The translations under genes and the position numbers were made by a program. The notes under the pieces were generated by a model. The model saw nothing but the letters and a program-made list of their open reading frames with translations. It searched no databases and had not been told where the DNA came from. Source: an uncultured Peptococcaceae bacterium (GTDB lineage: Bacteria > Bacillota > Desulfitobacteriia > Desulfitobacteriales > Syntrophobotulaceae). From it: a stretch of 52,778 nucleotides of DNA. Where the stretch lies: the NCBI GenBank assembly GCA_937892995.1, contig CALBJS010000086.1, forward strand, positions 1 to 52,778, in the 5' to 3' direction. Below are positions 18,279-27,427 of the stretch, in pieces (the stretch's first letter is position 1; each line of letters starts with the position of its first letter).

Positions 18279-18728
18279 ATGTTTTCGAAGAAAACTATTA
18301 GGGATAAAGCCCAGGTCTCAACCAAAGAGATTCAACTCTCCTATGCGGATACAGATATGATGGGTGTTATCTATCATGCTAATTATTTGAAATGGTTTGA
18401 ATTGGGAAGAACGCAGTTTATCGAAGATCTTGGATATCATTATCTAGATATGGAGAAAGCTGGTTATTATGCACCGGTATATAAGGTTGAGGTTACTTAT
18501 AAGCGAGCTGTACGATACGGAGATGTAGTATTTGTAAAGACCTGGGTGGAGGAGAATCAGGGCTTAAAAACTATCTATGGGTATCATATCGTCAATGGCG
18601 AAGGGAAAGTGTGTGCGGAAGGTAAAACTACACATGTGCTTGTCAGCAAAGATGATTTTAAGCCTGTACAATTTAAGAAGGTCTTTCCGGAGTGGTTCGA
18701 TAAATATGAAGAAATTAAGAAAAAATAA
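18279..18728 (+). CDS. Acyl-CoA thioesterase, YbgC/4HBT (hotdog) family
   Basis: Motif YADTDMMGVIYHANYLKWFELGR is typical of 4HBT thioesterases. ATG at 18279 follows RBS aggag. Confidence 0.8.
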   Translation: MFSKKTIRDKAQVSTKEIQLSYADTDMMGVIYHANYLKWFELGRTQFIEDLGYHYLDMEKAGYYAPVYKVEVTYKRAVRYGDVVFVKTWVEENQGLKTIYGYHIVNGEGKVCAEGKTTHVLVSKDDFKPVQFKKVFPEWFDKYEEIKKK

Positions 18729-18776
18729 ACTTTAGTAAAATTTTAATAATTTTGCTTCTTAAGGTTGGATTAAAAT

Positions 18777-19118
18777 TTGAGCATAAGGGTAAATAACAAA
18801 AAGCTGAAGAGAGAAAAGAAAACGGTCAAACTAATGATAGAAATCTTTTGTCAGGATAATCATTTAGCAGGCCAAAGATTATGTCCGGAATGCGAGCATC
18901 TATATGAATATTCGATAACTAGGATAGCTAATTGTCTATACGCCGCTGAAAAATCGGTATGTGTAAAGTGTAATATTCATTGCTATAGAACGGATATGCA
19001 AGATAAGATTAGAAAAGTAATGAGGTTTTCCGGACCCAAAATGATCTCCAAACATCCTTTCTTGACTATTTTGCATTTTCTGGACTTGAAGAATTTAAAA
19101 AAAGGATACTTGTTTTAG
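18777..19118 (+). CDS. Nitrous oxide-stimulated promoter (YgbA_NO) family Cys-rich protein
   Basis: KREKKTVKLMIEIFC...CPECEHL...CVKCNIHCYRTDMQDKIRKVMRFSGPKM matches the YgbA-like family pattern. TTG start. Confidence 0.7.
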   Translation: MSIRVNNKKLKREKKTVKLMIEIFCQDNHLAGQRLCPECEHLYEYSITRIANCLYAAEKSVCVKCNIHCYRTDMQDKIRKVMRFSGPKMISKHPFLTILHFLDLKNLKKGYLF

Positions 19119-19274
19119 CGGATCTTCTAAGAGAGCTAACGAATTTAAACTTGAAATAATACTAATTATTTACCAAATATAGTATTATATGAGGTATGAG
19201 AAGGTGTCTTTGTATTGCCCATACCTAAGCAGCTAAGAATTTTTTGGGGTTATAGGATAAAAGGAGGTAAGATT

Positions 19275-20648
19275 TTGGAAAATTTAGAGTTTAAACAATT
19301 TGAAGAAAATATGCTTGAAGATCTTAGTGAAATGGCAGCCAATAGTAGTAATATAGATCCCGATTTATACAATAAATACGAAGTTAAAAGAGGGCTTAGA
19401 GATCTGGATGGAAGGGGTGTCCTTGTAGGTCTAACCGAGATCGGGGAAGTACATTCCTATATTATCGATGAGGGCGAGATGGTCCCTGTTCCAGGAAGGC
19501 TAACCTATAGGGGCATAGATATCAAAGACATAGTTAATGGATTTATAAGTGACGACCGGTATGGTTTTGAAGAGATGACTTATCTGCTGCTTTTCGGGCA
19601 CCTCCCTAATGAAAAGGCACTTAAGGATTTTGAACGAATCCTTGCGGGCTATCAAAAATTGCCTGAGGATTTTGTCCGCGGTGTGATACTTAAAACCCCG
19701 GGTAAAGATATTATGAATATCTTGGCTAGAAGTGTTTTAGCTCTATATTCTTATGATGATAATGCGGACGATACCTCAATTCATAATGTCCTGAAACAAT
19801 GTTTAAAGCTCATTGCTTGGTTTCCATCCCTAGCGGCATACGGCTATCAGGCCTATTCGCATAGTCATGGAAACCAGAGTCTATATCTCCATAGCCCCCA
19901 ACCCGGCTTAAGTATCGCTGAGAATCTTTTGCGTATGCTACGCCCAGATGGTAAATATACAAAACTAGAGGCTTCCTTGCTAGATCTTTCCTTGGTACTC
20001 CATGCTGAACATGGTGGAGGTAATAATTCATCATTCGTTACTCATGTCGTGACCTCGACCGGAACAGATACCTATTCAGCTATAGCTGCCGCGATAGGGG
20101 CCCTTAAAGGGCCGAAGCACGGTGGAGCAAACATTAAGGCCGTCTACATGCTCGAGGATATTAAAGAGAATGTTAAGGATTGGGATGATGATGAAGAAAT
20201 TGAAAACTATCTTACTAAAATTCTTAACAAAGAGGTATTTGACCGGGCCGGTCTGATTTATGGAATTGGTCACGCAGTTTATTCCATCTCTGATCCAAGG
20301 GAAGTCATTCTTAAAGAATATGCAGCTCAACTTGCCAAGGAAAAAGGGTTGGAAGATGAGTTTAATCTCTACTATAAAGTAGATAAGCTTTCTCCCGGTG
20401 TTATTGCCAAATATAATAAGATGTACAAGATCCTAAGTGCCAATGTTGATTTCTATTCAGGTTTTGTTTATAAAATGTTAAACATACCTATAGAAATGTT
20501 TACCCCTATTTTTGCCGTATCCAGGATATCCGGCTGGAGTGCACATCGTATCGAAGAAATACTAAGTGCGGGCAAAATTATCAGACCGGCTTATAAGAGT
20601 GTGGCTCCAAGAAGAGAGTACATTCCTCTTAGTGAAAGAAGCAAATAA
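19275..20648 (+). CDS. Citrate synthase (citrate/2-methylcitrate synthase family)
   Basis: Catalytic-region motifs LHAEHGGGNNS and GIGHAVYSISDPR. TTG at 19275 follows RBS aggagg. The track start at 19215 lacks an RBS. Confidence 0.85.
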   Translation: MENLEFKQFEENMLEDLSEMAANSSNIDPDLYNKYEVKRGLRDLDGRGVLVGLTEIGEVHSYIIDEGEMVPVPGRLTYRGIDIKDIVNGFISDDRYGFEEMTYLLLFGHLPNEKALKDFERILAGYQKLPEDFVRGVILKTPGKDIMNILARSVLALYSYDDNADDTSIHNVLKQCLKLIAWFPSLAAYGYQAYSHSHGNQSLYLHSPQPGLSIAENLLRMLRPDGKYTKLEASLLDLSLVLHAEHGGGNNSSFVTHVVTSTGTDTYSAIAAAIGALKGPKHGGANIKAVYMLEDIKENVKDWDDDEEIENYLTKILNKEVFDRAGLIYGIGHAVYSISDPREVILKEYAAQLAKEKGLEDEFNLYYKVDKLSPGVIAKYNKMYKILSANVDFYSGFVYKMLNIPIEMFTPIFAVSRISGWSAHRIEEILSAGKIIRPAYKSVAPRREYIPLSERSK

Positions 20649-20653
20649 AAAAA

Positions 20654-20703
20654 GTATAGGGAGAGCCCAAAAATAATAATGGCTATCCCTATACTTTTTT
20701 ATT
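20654..20703 (+). terminator. Intrinsic terminator after citrate synthase
   Basis: gtataggga ... tccctatac stem (large loop) followed by ttttttatttt. Confidence 0.5.
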
Positions 20704-20776
20704 TTAAGATATTTTAGATATTCTGGGACATTAATAATTAAATTACACCCAACGGATGAAGAAGGTGAAGGAAGAC

Positions 20777-21337
20777 ATGAAAAGAATCTTGGGGATATTT
20801 TTAAAGGGGATCTTGGTACTGGCACCGGTAGTTCTTACATTTTATATAATATTTAAGCTGTATGAAATAACTGATGGACTGTTTAAAGGTATCCTGCAAA
20901 AAGCGGGTATTTATTTTCCCGGGCTAGGAGTCTTTGTTACCCTGGCAGTCATTTTTTTGGCAGGGCTAATCGCTTCGAATTGGGTTACTAATAAGCTTAT
21001 TTTTTATTTTGAAAGATTCTTAGCTAGGGTGCCCTTGCTTGGGAATATTTACGGGATCATTAAGGATACGTTGAATTCTTTTTCGGCCAATAAAAAGGGA
21101 TTTACTCGCTTAGTAAGAGTTAATATGCCTAATGATTTGAAACTTTTAGGTTTTTTGACCAATGATGAGGATAAAGTCTTCATTCCCCAGGGCTTTGTAG
21201 CGGTTTACCTTATGCAGTCTATGCAATGGGCGGGAAACCTTATCCTTGTACCGGTAGAGCTAGTAGAACCAATAGATGTTTCAGCGGAAGAGGCCCTTAA
21301 ATTTATTGCTTCTGCGGGGTTGTTAAAAGCTAAGTAA
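20777..21337 (+). CDS. DUF502 family membrane protein
   Basis: Two N-terminal TM helices and a conserved-looking C-terminal domain. ATG at 20777 follows gaaggtgaagga. The 3' end overlaps hydF convergently by 15 nt. Confidence 0.7.
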   Translation: MKRILGIFLKGILVLAPVVLTFYIIFKLYEITDGLFKGILQKAGIYFPGLGVFVTLAVIFLAGLIASNWVTNKLIFYFERFLARVPLLGNIYGIIKDTLNSFSANKKGFTRLVRVNMPNDLKLLGFLTNDEDKVFIPQGFVAVYLMQSMQWAGNLILVPVELVEPIDVSAEEALKFIASAGLLKAK

Positions 21338-22624
21338 AGTTTCATAATCTATCCCTAACGGGCGAAGGGCCCTAGGGAGAATACCATGAACGGCTGCGAT
21401 CAAAACACCATAGTTTACTATCGGGATGTTCATTTTTTTAGTTAAGCTGATTCTATGCAACATTTCTTTACGGTTAAGCATACAACCGCCGCAATGGACG
21501 ATTAGTTTATATTCATCCAGATTATCCGGGTAATCTGAGCCATGAGAGAAATCAATTTTTAACTCTCCTCCAACCATTTGACTTAGCCAGTGCGGAATCT
21601 TGATCTTGCCGAGATCATCAGATTGCTGATGATGAGTACAGGCTTCAGCTATCAGGATTTTATCACAGGGAACCAGGGTTTCTATAGCTTTAGCTCCCCT
21701 GGCTAAGGAGAGCAGGTCACCTTTATAGCGAGCCATCAAGATGGAGAAAGAGGTTAAAGGTATATCTGAGGGCAGATCTTTAGCAACTTCCCTAAAAGCT
21801 TGGGAGTCAGTCACTACAAGCTTCGGGGGTTCTTTTAGAGCAGCCAGGGCCTTCTTCAACTCAGATTCCTTGCAGACGACTGTTAGGCAATCATGGTCCA
21901 GGATATCCCTGATCGTCTGGACCTGAGGAAGAATAAGGCGTCCTTTAGGAGCAGCCTCATCTATTGGCACTACTAAGAGCATCATGTCCCCCGGGGAGAG
22001 AAGGTCTCCAACTATCGCCGAAGGTAATCTCTCGGTGGGCTTTACGTTACACAAATGTTGCTTAAGTGCAGGGATGCCTCCTTTGGTGGTAGAACTAACA
22101 AATAAAGCAGGAGTATTGTCAATATTTAAGATTGAAGGGCTGCCGGAATCTAGGCTATTGCTCGAAAGAGAATGGGCAATAGCAAGTAATTGTTTTTTTA
22201 AGGAGATTAATAGTTGTTTCCTTTGCTCTTCATCGATTAGATCTTTTTTAGTGAATACAATTACTACGGGGATATTCTTTTCAAAACTAAGAAGGAATAT
22301 CCTCTTTTCATAATCCCCAAACCCAGAGGTGGAATCTACTACTAAGAGAGTAACATCAGTTTTTTCTAGGACTTCTAAAGACTTCTTGGCCCTTAATTCC
22401 CCCAGAGCACCTTCATCATCCAGGCCTGCCGTATCGATGAGCATAACCGGACCCAGTGGTAAGATTTCCATCGCTTTGTAGACCGGATCAGTAGTCGTGC
22501 CGGCAACATCGGAGACCAGTGCGATCTCCTGATTAGTTAAAGCATTGATCAGGCTGGATTTACCGACATTTCTCCGACCGAAGAGGGAGATGTGTAAACG
22601 TGAGCCTTTGGGGGTGTCTTGCAT
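21323..22624 (-). CDS. hydF: [FeFe]-hydrogenase H-cluster maturation GTPase HydF
   Basis: GTPase P-loop GRRNVGKSSL, DTAG, and a C-terminal Cys motif region (CTHH...HCGGC). Adjacent to hydG/hydE. Confidence 0.9.
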   Translation of the reverse strand: MQDTPKGSRLHISLFGRRNVGKSSLINALTNQEIALVSDVAGTTTDPVYKAMEILPLGPVMLIDTAGLDDEGALGELRAKKSLEVLEKTDVTLLVVDSTSGFGDYEKRIFLLSFEKNIPVVIVFTKKDLIDEEQRKQLLISLKKQLLAIAHSLSSNSLDSGSPSILNIDNTPALFVSSTTKGGIPALKQHLCNVKPTERLPSAIVGDLLSPGDMMLLVVPIDEAAPKGRLILPQVQTIRDILDHDCLTVVCKESELKKALAALKEPPKLVVTDSQAFREVAKDLPSDIPLTSFSILMARYKGDLLSLARGAKAIETLVPCDKILIAEACTHHQQSDDLGKIKIPHWLSQMVGGELKIDFSHGSDYPDNLDEYKLIVHCGGCMLNRKEMLHRISLTKKMNIPIVNYGVLIAAVHGILPRALRPLGIDYETLLSF

Positions 22625-22781
22625 ATTTTGAACCTCCTTCCACCTGTTTTTACTTTGCTCACTATTCCTATAGTTGAGTTTTAAGAAGAGAATAGTAAGC
22701 AGAGGTTTTTGAGAATCTTACGTTATTTTCGTCTTAGTTTTTGTACTGGGGAATGTATTCCGAAAGAAAAATTCTTTGTCT

Positions 22782-24242
22782 TTAAAGATAAAGATCTCGC
22801 TGGCCATTTTTAATTTTTTCTAAGTTATCAGTGGTAAGAGCTTTTATCTTCTCGTTCTGGATTTCTCCAATAAAGCTATGGATAGTTTTTTCTCCTATTT
22901 CCTTAGTTTCCGGAGAAGCGTAATCTTGTAGATATTCCTGGAAGGTCATCAGGGCATTGGGAAGGCAGACATTACAGATGTTGCCTGTTTTGGCAAGCTG
23001 CATAAACCTATCGCCTGTCCTTCCTTGGCGATAACAAGCTGTACAATAACTAGGCAGATAACCTTGAGAACAGAGATTGGCTAGGATTTGGTCAGGACTG
23101 CGCTGATCTTCAACTTGGAATTGGGCAGTATCATCTGGGATTGGTTCTGTAAAAGCACTTTCTTCTTCAAATTCTTTTTTGTAGGCACCTACTCCTGTGC
23201 AGGAACCGGCACTTATTTGGGATACTCCCAGCTTGATGACCTCATCTCTAAAATCCGATCCTTCTCTAGTAGAGAGGATTATCCCAGTGTAAGGTACGGC
23301 AAGTCTAAAGACAGCGACAATATCTTTAAATTCCTCATCAGTTACAAGGTAGGGGAAATCCTTCAGATTCATTCCGGCAGCAGGCTTCAGACGAGGGACA
23401 GAGATGGTATGTGGTCCAACACCAAATTTTTCTTCGAGGTGAAGTGCATGGTAGAGCATGGCCAAGACCTCAAACTTATAGTCATAGAGGCCGAAAAGCA
23501 CACCGGCACCTACATCATCTATCCCTCCTTGCATTGCCCGGTCCATAGCTGTTGTGTGATAGGAATAAGAAGATTTGGGACCGCTGGGGTGCATTTTTTC
23601 GTAAGTTTCCTGATGGTAGGTTTCTTGGAAGAGGATATAGGTACCGATTCCTGCTTCTTTTAATTTACGGTAATTTTCAACTGTAGTTGCCGCAATATTA
23701 ACATTTACTCTCCGGATCGAACCTTGTTCTTCACTTGTATTGTAGATTACCTTAATAGCATCTAAGACATATTCGATGGGGCAGTTCTTAGGATCTTCGC
23801 CTACTTCTAGGGCCAGACGTTTATGTCCCATTCTTTCCAACACTTTGACTTCTTCAGCGATTTCCGCCATGGTAAGTTTGCGACGAGTTATTTTATTGGC
23901 ATGTCCATAACCACAGTATTTACAATTATTAATACAATAGTTACTTAAGTATAAAGGTGCAAAAAGAACGATTCTCTTGCCATAAATGGTTTCTTTGACT
24001 TCGCCTGCGGCAGCATAAATCTCACTTTTTAGCTTAGGATCTGTGGTCTGGAGTAGGATTGCAGCTTCTAGGGGACTAAGGCCTTTAGCCCTTTTTGCTT
24101 TGGCTATTATTCTCCTTGTTTCTTCTTTGCCGGCTTTCTTTGCTTGTTTCAGGTCTTTCCAAATTTTTTCTTGGTTAATAAAGTCCACTTTAGAATGTAA
24201 TTCCGTTTCTTCCTTTAATTGGGGCGATATAGCAACTGTCAT
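22782..24242 (-). CDS. hydG: [FeFe]-hydrogenase maturase HydG (radical SAM tyrosine lyase)
   Basis: 486 aa. CINNCKYCGY radical SAM motif and C-terminal auxiliary cluster motif CTACYRQGRTGDRFM. Confidence 0.92.
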   Translation of the reverse strand: MTVAISPQLKEETELHSKVDFINQEKIWKDLKQAKKAGKEETRRIIAKAKRAKGLSPLEAAILLQTTDPKLKSEIYAAAGEVKETIYGKRIVLFAPLYLSNYCINNCKYCGYGHANKITRRKLTMAEIAEEVKVLERMGHKRLALEVGEDPKNCPIEYVLDAIKVIYNTSEEQGSIRRVNVNIAATTVENYRKLKEAGIGTYILFQETYHQETYEKMHPSGPKSSYSYHTTAMDRAMQGGIDDVGAGVLFGLYDYKFEVLAMLYHALHLEEKFGVGPHTISVPRLKPAAGMNLKDFPYLVTDEEFKDIVAVFRLAVPYTGIILSTREGSDFRDEVIKLGVSQISAGSCTGVGAYKKEFEEESAFTEPIPDDTAQFQVEDQRSPDQILANLCSQGYLPSYCTACYRQGRTGDRFMQLAKTGNICNVCLPNALMTFQEYLQDYASPETKEIGEKTIHSFIGEIQNEKIKALTTDNLEKIKNGQRDLYL

Positions 24243-24303
24243 TTTGTTTTCCTCCTTAGTTATCTTAAAATTCCATTATTAGAAGATTTACATATTTAAT
24301 CTT

Positions 24304-25371
24304 TTATACTAGCGTAGATACCTCGAAAGCTTCACTGAGGCTAATATGATCACCTCTTCCCATATCGGCGATATTGCCTGTTCTTTTGATACGCTCTTGG
24401 ACCGCCTGCAAGTGAATTCTTGCTTCATCAGGAATAGAGGTCTTACCATTATAAAGAGTGTATTTTTTACGTATTTCCGGGGGCGAAAGATTAAGCATTA
24501 GGACGTTAGCACCTGCTTGAAGCCCTTTTTCCCAACCGCGGGAATGGACTGAGCCAAGAGCGGTAGTCGCCGGTAAAAGTACTTCAGGAAGGAGTAACCT
24601 TGTGAGGGAAAGCATGATACAAGTAAGTTCAGGATCTCCGCTTGAAGCTAAGGATAGGGGTGTATCTTGATGAGGAATGAAAGGACCTATCCCGACCATA
24701 TGGGGTTCAAGCTCTTTGAGAAATAACAGATCAGCAACATAATCTTCAGTGGTTTGGGATGGTAGTCCTACCATAAATCCCGCTCCGGTCTGAAAACCGA
24801 TTTTTTTAAGATCCCAGAGACATTTCTCCCTTGCCTTAGAAGACATTCCGGGATGAAGTTTAGAATAAAGCTTCTCCGATCTGGTTTCGTGCCGCAGAAG
24901 ATATCTGCTGGCTCCTGCTTCAAATAATTTTTGATAGGATGATGCTGATCTTTCCCCGAGGGATAGGGTAACAGCACAGTCAGGATACCTTGCTTTGATT
25001 TTGGAGATCAGAGCAGTAAGCCGCTTATCTGTAAAAAACGGATCTTCTCCTCCTTGCAAGACGAAAGTACGATAACCCAAGTTATAGCCCTGAGTTGTAA
25101 TATCAAGTATCTCCCCTGCGGAAAGCCGATATCTTTCGCAACGTTTGTTACTACTTCTGAGGCCACAATACGCACAGTCGTTTCGGCAGTAATTAGTAAA
25201 CTCAATAAGACCACGGAGGAAGATTTTGCGGCTATAGACTTTGGCAGTAGTTTTACGGGCCTGGTCGTGGAGATAGTGTTTATTCTCTTCATCTAGGTTT
25301 AAGAGTAATTCGATCAGTTCTTTTCTTCCTAAATTATTATTCTTAGTTAGCTTATCGATAAGTGCTTTCAT
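24304..25371 (-). CDS. hydE: [FeFe]-hydrogenase maturase HydE (radical SAM)
   Basis: 355 aa. CRNDCAYCGLR motif, BioB-like fold pattern, operon context with hydG/hydF. Confidence 0.9.
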   Translation of the reverse strand: MKALIDKLTKNNNLGRKELIELLLNLDEENKHYLHDQARKTTAKVYSRKIFLRGLIEFTNYCRNDCAYCGLRSSNKRCERYRLSAGEILDITTQGYNLGYRTFVLQGGEDPFFTDKRLTALISKIKARYPDCAVTLSLGERSASSYQKLFEAGASRYLLRHETRSEKLYSKLHPGMSSKAREKCLWDLKKIGFQTGAGFMVGLPSQTTEDYVADLLFLKELEPHMVGIGPFIPHQDTPLSLASSGDPELTCIMLSLTRLLLPEVLLPATTALGSVHSRGWEKGLQAGANVLMLNLSPPEIRKKYTLYNGKTSIPDEARIHLQAVQERIKRTGNIADMGRGDHISLSEAFEVSTLV

Positions 25372-25461
25372 CTAAATCCTCCTTTCAAAGCAAAGCAATA
25401 AAACAAAAATTATTGAATATCAAATGCCCTCTTGGTAATAGTATTTATTAAAATTCACATT

Positions 25462-25488
25462 AAAAAAACTTTCCCAGAAAGGAAAGTT
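25462..25488 (-). terminator. Intrinsic terminator in the leader upstream of hydE
   Basis: Minus strand reads aactttcc-tttctg-ggaaagtt followed by ttttttt. It lies about 90 nt upstream of the hydE start. Confidence 0.55.
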
Positions 25489-25698
25489 ATACGATTCCAA
25501 GGTAAGCCAATTCCGGCTAATTCTTGAGAAGTATCGTGCTTTTCTTTCAGATCAGAGATTTTCTTTTCTGTTAGGAAAACATTAAATTATTCGATTATTA
25601 ATTATTTGGTTATTTGATTTTGATTATGTTTATGATTGCGTAAGGATTATGTTATCGGTTTAGAAAAGCATAATCAGAAACAGGAATTGCGAGGAGTA

Positions 25699-25950
25699 TT
25701 AAAAGTCTTTCTTGGACATTGCTGTTTTGACAGATATTTTATCAATCTTACCAAGTTTACCTGTCAAGCTATTTATTTCATCTGTGTCTCCTAGGACAGC
25801 TATCGATACTAGAGATATACTTTGTTCCGGAATAGGGATTCCCATACGACCTTTGATTATGCCTTTGAAAGAGGCTATGGTATCATTAAACTCCTGTTGG
25901 GTAGTTTTGGGATCCTCTAGGATGGCACTAATCACGGCTACTTTTCTCAT
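25699..25950 (-). CDS. TM1266-family iron-only hydrogenase system regulator (ACT-like)
   Basis: 83 aa with pattern VISAILEDP...GRMGIP...ISLVSIAVLGDTDEINSLTGKLGKI, which matches my recollection of the TM1266 family. Sits at the head of the hydEGF cluster. Confidence 0.75.
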   Translation of the reverse strand: MRKVAVISAILEDPKTTQQEFNDTIASFKGIIKGRMGIPIPEQSISLVSIAVLGDTDEINSLTGKLGKIDKISVKTAMSKKDF

Positions 25951-25971
25951 TGGCTGACCACTCTCCTAGTT

Positions 25972-26014
25972 TAAATAATAAAAATAGACTTTCTTCGCTT
26001 GAAAGAAAGTCTAT
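25972..26014 (-). terminator. Intrinsic terminator in the leader immediately upstream of the TM1266-family gene
   Basis: Minus strand reads atagactttctt-tcaagcg-aagaaagtctat (12-bp stem) followed by ttttattattt. It ends about 20 nt before the RBS. Confidence 0.6.
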
Positions 26015-26323
26015 GAAAATCAGAGATACTAGGCATTGCAGACTTCCCTTCCAGATCAGTAACTTTACTTTTCAGTCAGGATACAACTGTTTAGAATATA
26101 AGAAATATTCTTATTATCTAAAATACTACCAGAGATCCGAGTTGATTACAAGAAGAGATTTTTCTAAGTTTCTAATGATACCAAGGAAAAGTTAAATCTC
26201 GATAAAGAAGGAGATAATATAAAATATGACGAACATTAAATCAATACGTTAATATCAATAAGTCCCTATTATTACGTTCATAATACTATTCCTACCCAAG
26301 ATAGAAAAGAGATGGTGATAATA

Positions 26324-26851
26324 ATGAATCAGGCTGTCCAATTTGTTTTACTTATTATAGCAATTAATGTTACTTATGTATCTTTGACCACCATTAGATT
26401 TATCCTGATGATTAAAGGGTTAAGGGAATTTGCTTCTGTTTTGTCCGTGGTAGAAGTTTTTGTCTATATTATGGGACTCTCCATAATTCTTTCGAATCTT
26501 AATAGCTATTGGAATATTGCTGCTTACTGTATAGGTTATGGAATGGGTGTCTATCTGGGAAGTATAATAGAGGAGAGACTAGCTTTAGGGTATATTACGG
26601 CGGAAGTGATAGTTGATTCCATAAACAACTCTTTGCCGGAGATCTTGCGTAAGAGTGGTTTCGGAGTAACTAGTTGGATAGGAGAAGGCCGAGACGGGCA
26701 CCGTTTAGTTATGTTAGTGCTTGCTAAGCGTAAGTACCAGAAGGAACTTTTGAAGATAATCGATAATTCTTGCCCTAATTCTTTTGTTGTTTTTGAAGAA
26801 CCTAAGCATTTTCGAGGAGGTTTTTGGGCGAGTAGGTTGGGGCATAAGTAA
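26324..26851 (+). CDS. UPF0316 (DUF2179/YebE-like) membrane protein
   Basis: Good colinear similarity, from memory, to Bacillus UPF0316 proteins (three TM helices then ...LALGYITAEVIVD...GFGVT...). Start taken at MNQ (26324). Confidence 0.8.
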   Translation: MNQAVQFVLLIIAINVTYVSLTTIRFILMIKGLREFASVLSVVEVFVYIMGLSIILSNLNSYWNIAAYCIGYGMGVYLGSIIEERLALGYITAEVIVDSINNSLPEILRKSGFGVTSWIGEGRDGHRLVMLVLAKRKYQKELLKIIDNSCPNSFVVFEEPKHFRGGFWASRLGHK

Positions 26852-26893
26852 AGCATTATCGCAAGAAAATTATAGTCTTAGGGAGTAGTAAAA

Positions 26894-27355
26894 ATGGGAG
26901 TAGAAGAAGTAAGAAAATACTTTCAGGATAGAAATCTTAATTATGAAATTCTGGAATTTGAAGTAAGCACAGCTACCGTGGAACTTGCTGCCAAGGCCTT
27001 AGGGGTAGAACCGGGAATGATTGCCAAGACTATGTCGTTCAAGGTAAAAAACGACGAATGTTTGCTGATTCTCGCAGCTGGTGATAAACGAATAAATAAT
27101 AAAAAGTTTAAAGCAACATTTCAATCCAAGGGAAGTATGTTGGATTTTGAGGAGGTCGTGCAAATTACGGGGCATCCTGTTGGTGGGGTGTGCCCATTCG
27201 GTTTAAAGAATAAACTACCGATTTATTTGGATATTTCCTTAAAAGATTATCAATTTGTATTTCCTGCTGCCGGATCTCCGATGTCGACGGTGAAAATAGC
27301 CCCGAGGGAGCTACAGGAAATAACAGGTGGAGTATGGGTGGACGTTTGTAATTAA
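26894..27355 (+). CDS. YbaK/EbsC-family aminoacyl-tRNA editing (deacylase) domain protein
   Basis: 153 aa with GHPVGGVCPFG motif typical of YbaK/ProX editing domains. Confidence 0.8.
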   Translation: MGVEEVRKYFQDRNLNYEILEFEVSTATVELAAKALGVEPGMIAKTMSFKVKNDECLLILAAGDKRINNKKFKATFQSKGSMLDFEEVVQITGHPVGGVCPFGLKNKLPIYLDISLKDYQFVFPAAGSPMSTVKIAPRELQEITGGVWVDVCN

Positions 27356-27427
27356 TATTGCTTATCGACTTTTGGCAGTGGAATCATATTTCTAATATGA
27401 ATAACAATGGAAACGGAGGTCGGGATT

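Noticed and set aside
23088-23663. 191-aa plus-strand ORF opposite hydG
   Set aside because: It is antisense to a well-supported radical SAM gene. The product has low complexity, with no start context.
25712-26195. 81-aa ORFs on the plus strand (25712..25957, 25950..26195)
   Set aside because: The first is antisense to the TM1266-family gene. The second lies within the leader/terminator region, which is interpreted as regulatory RNA on the minus strand.
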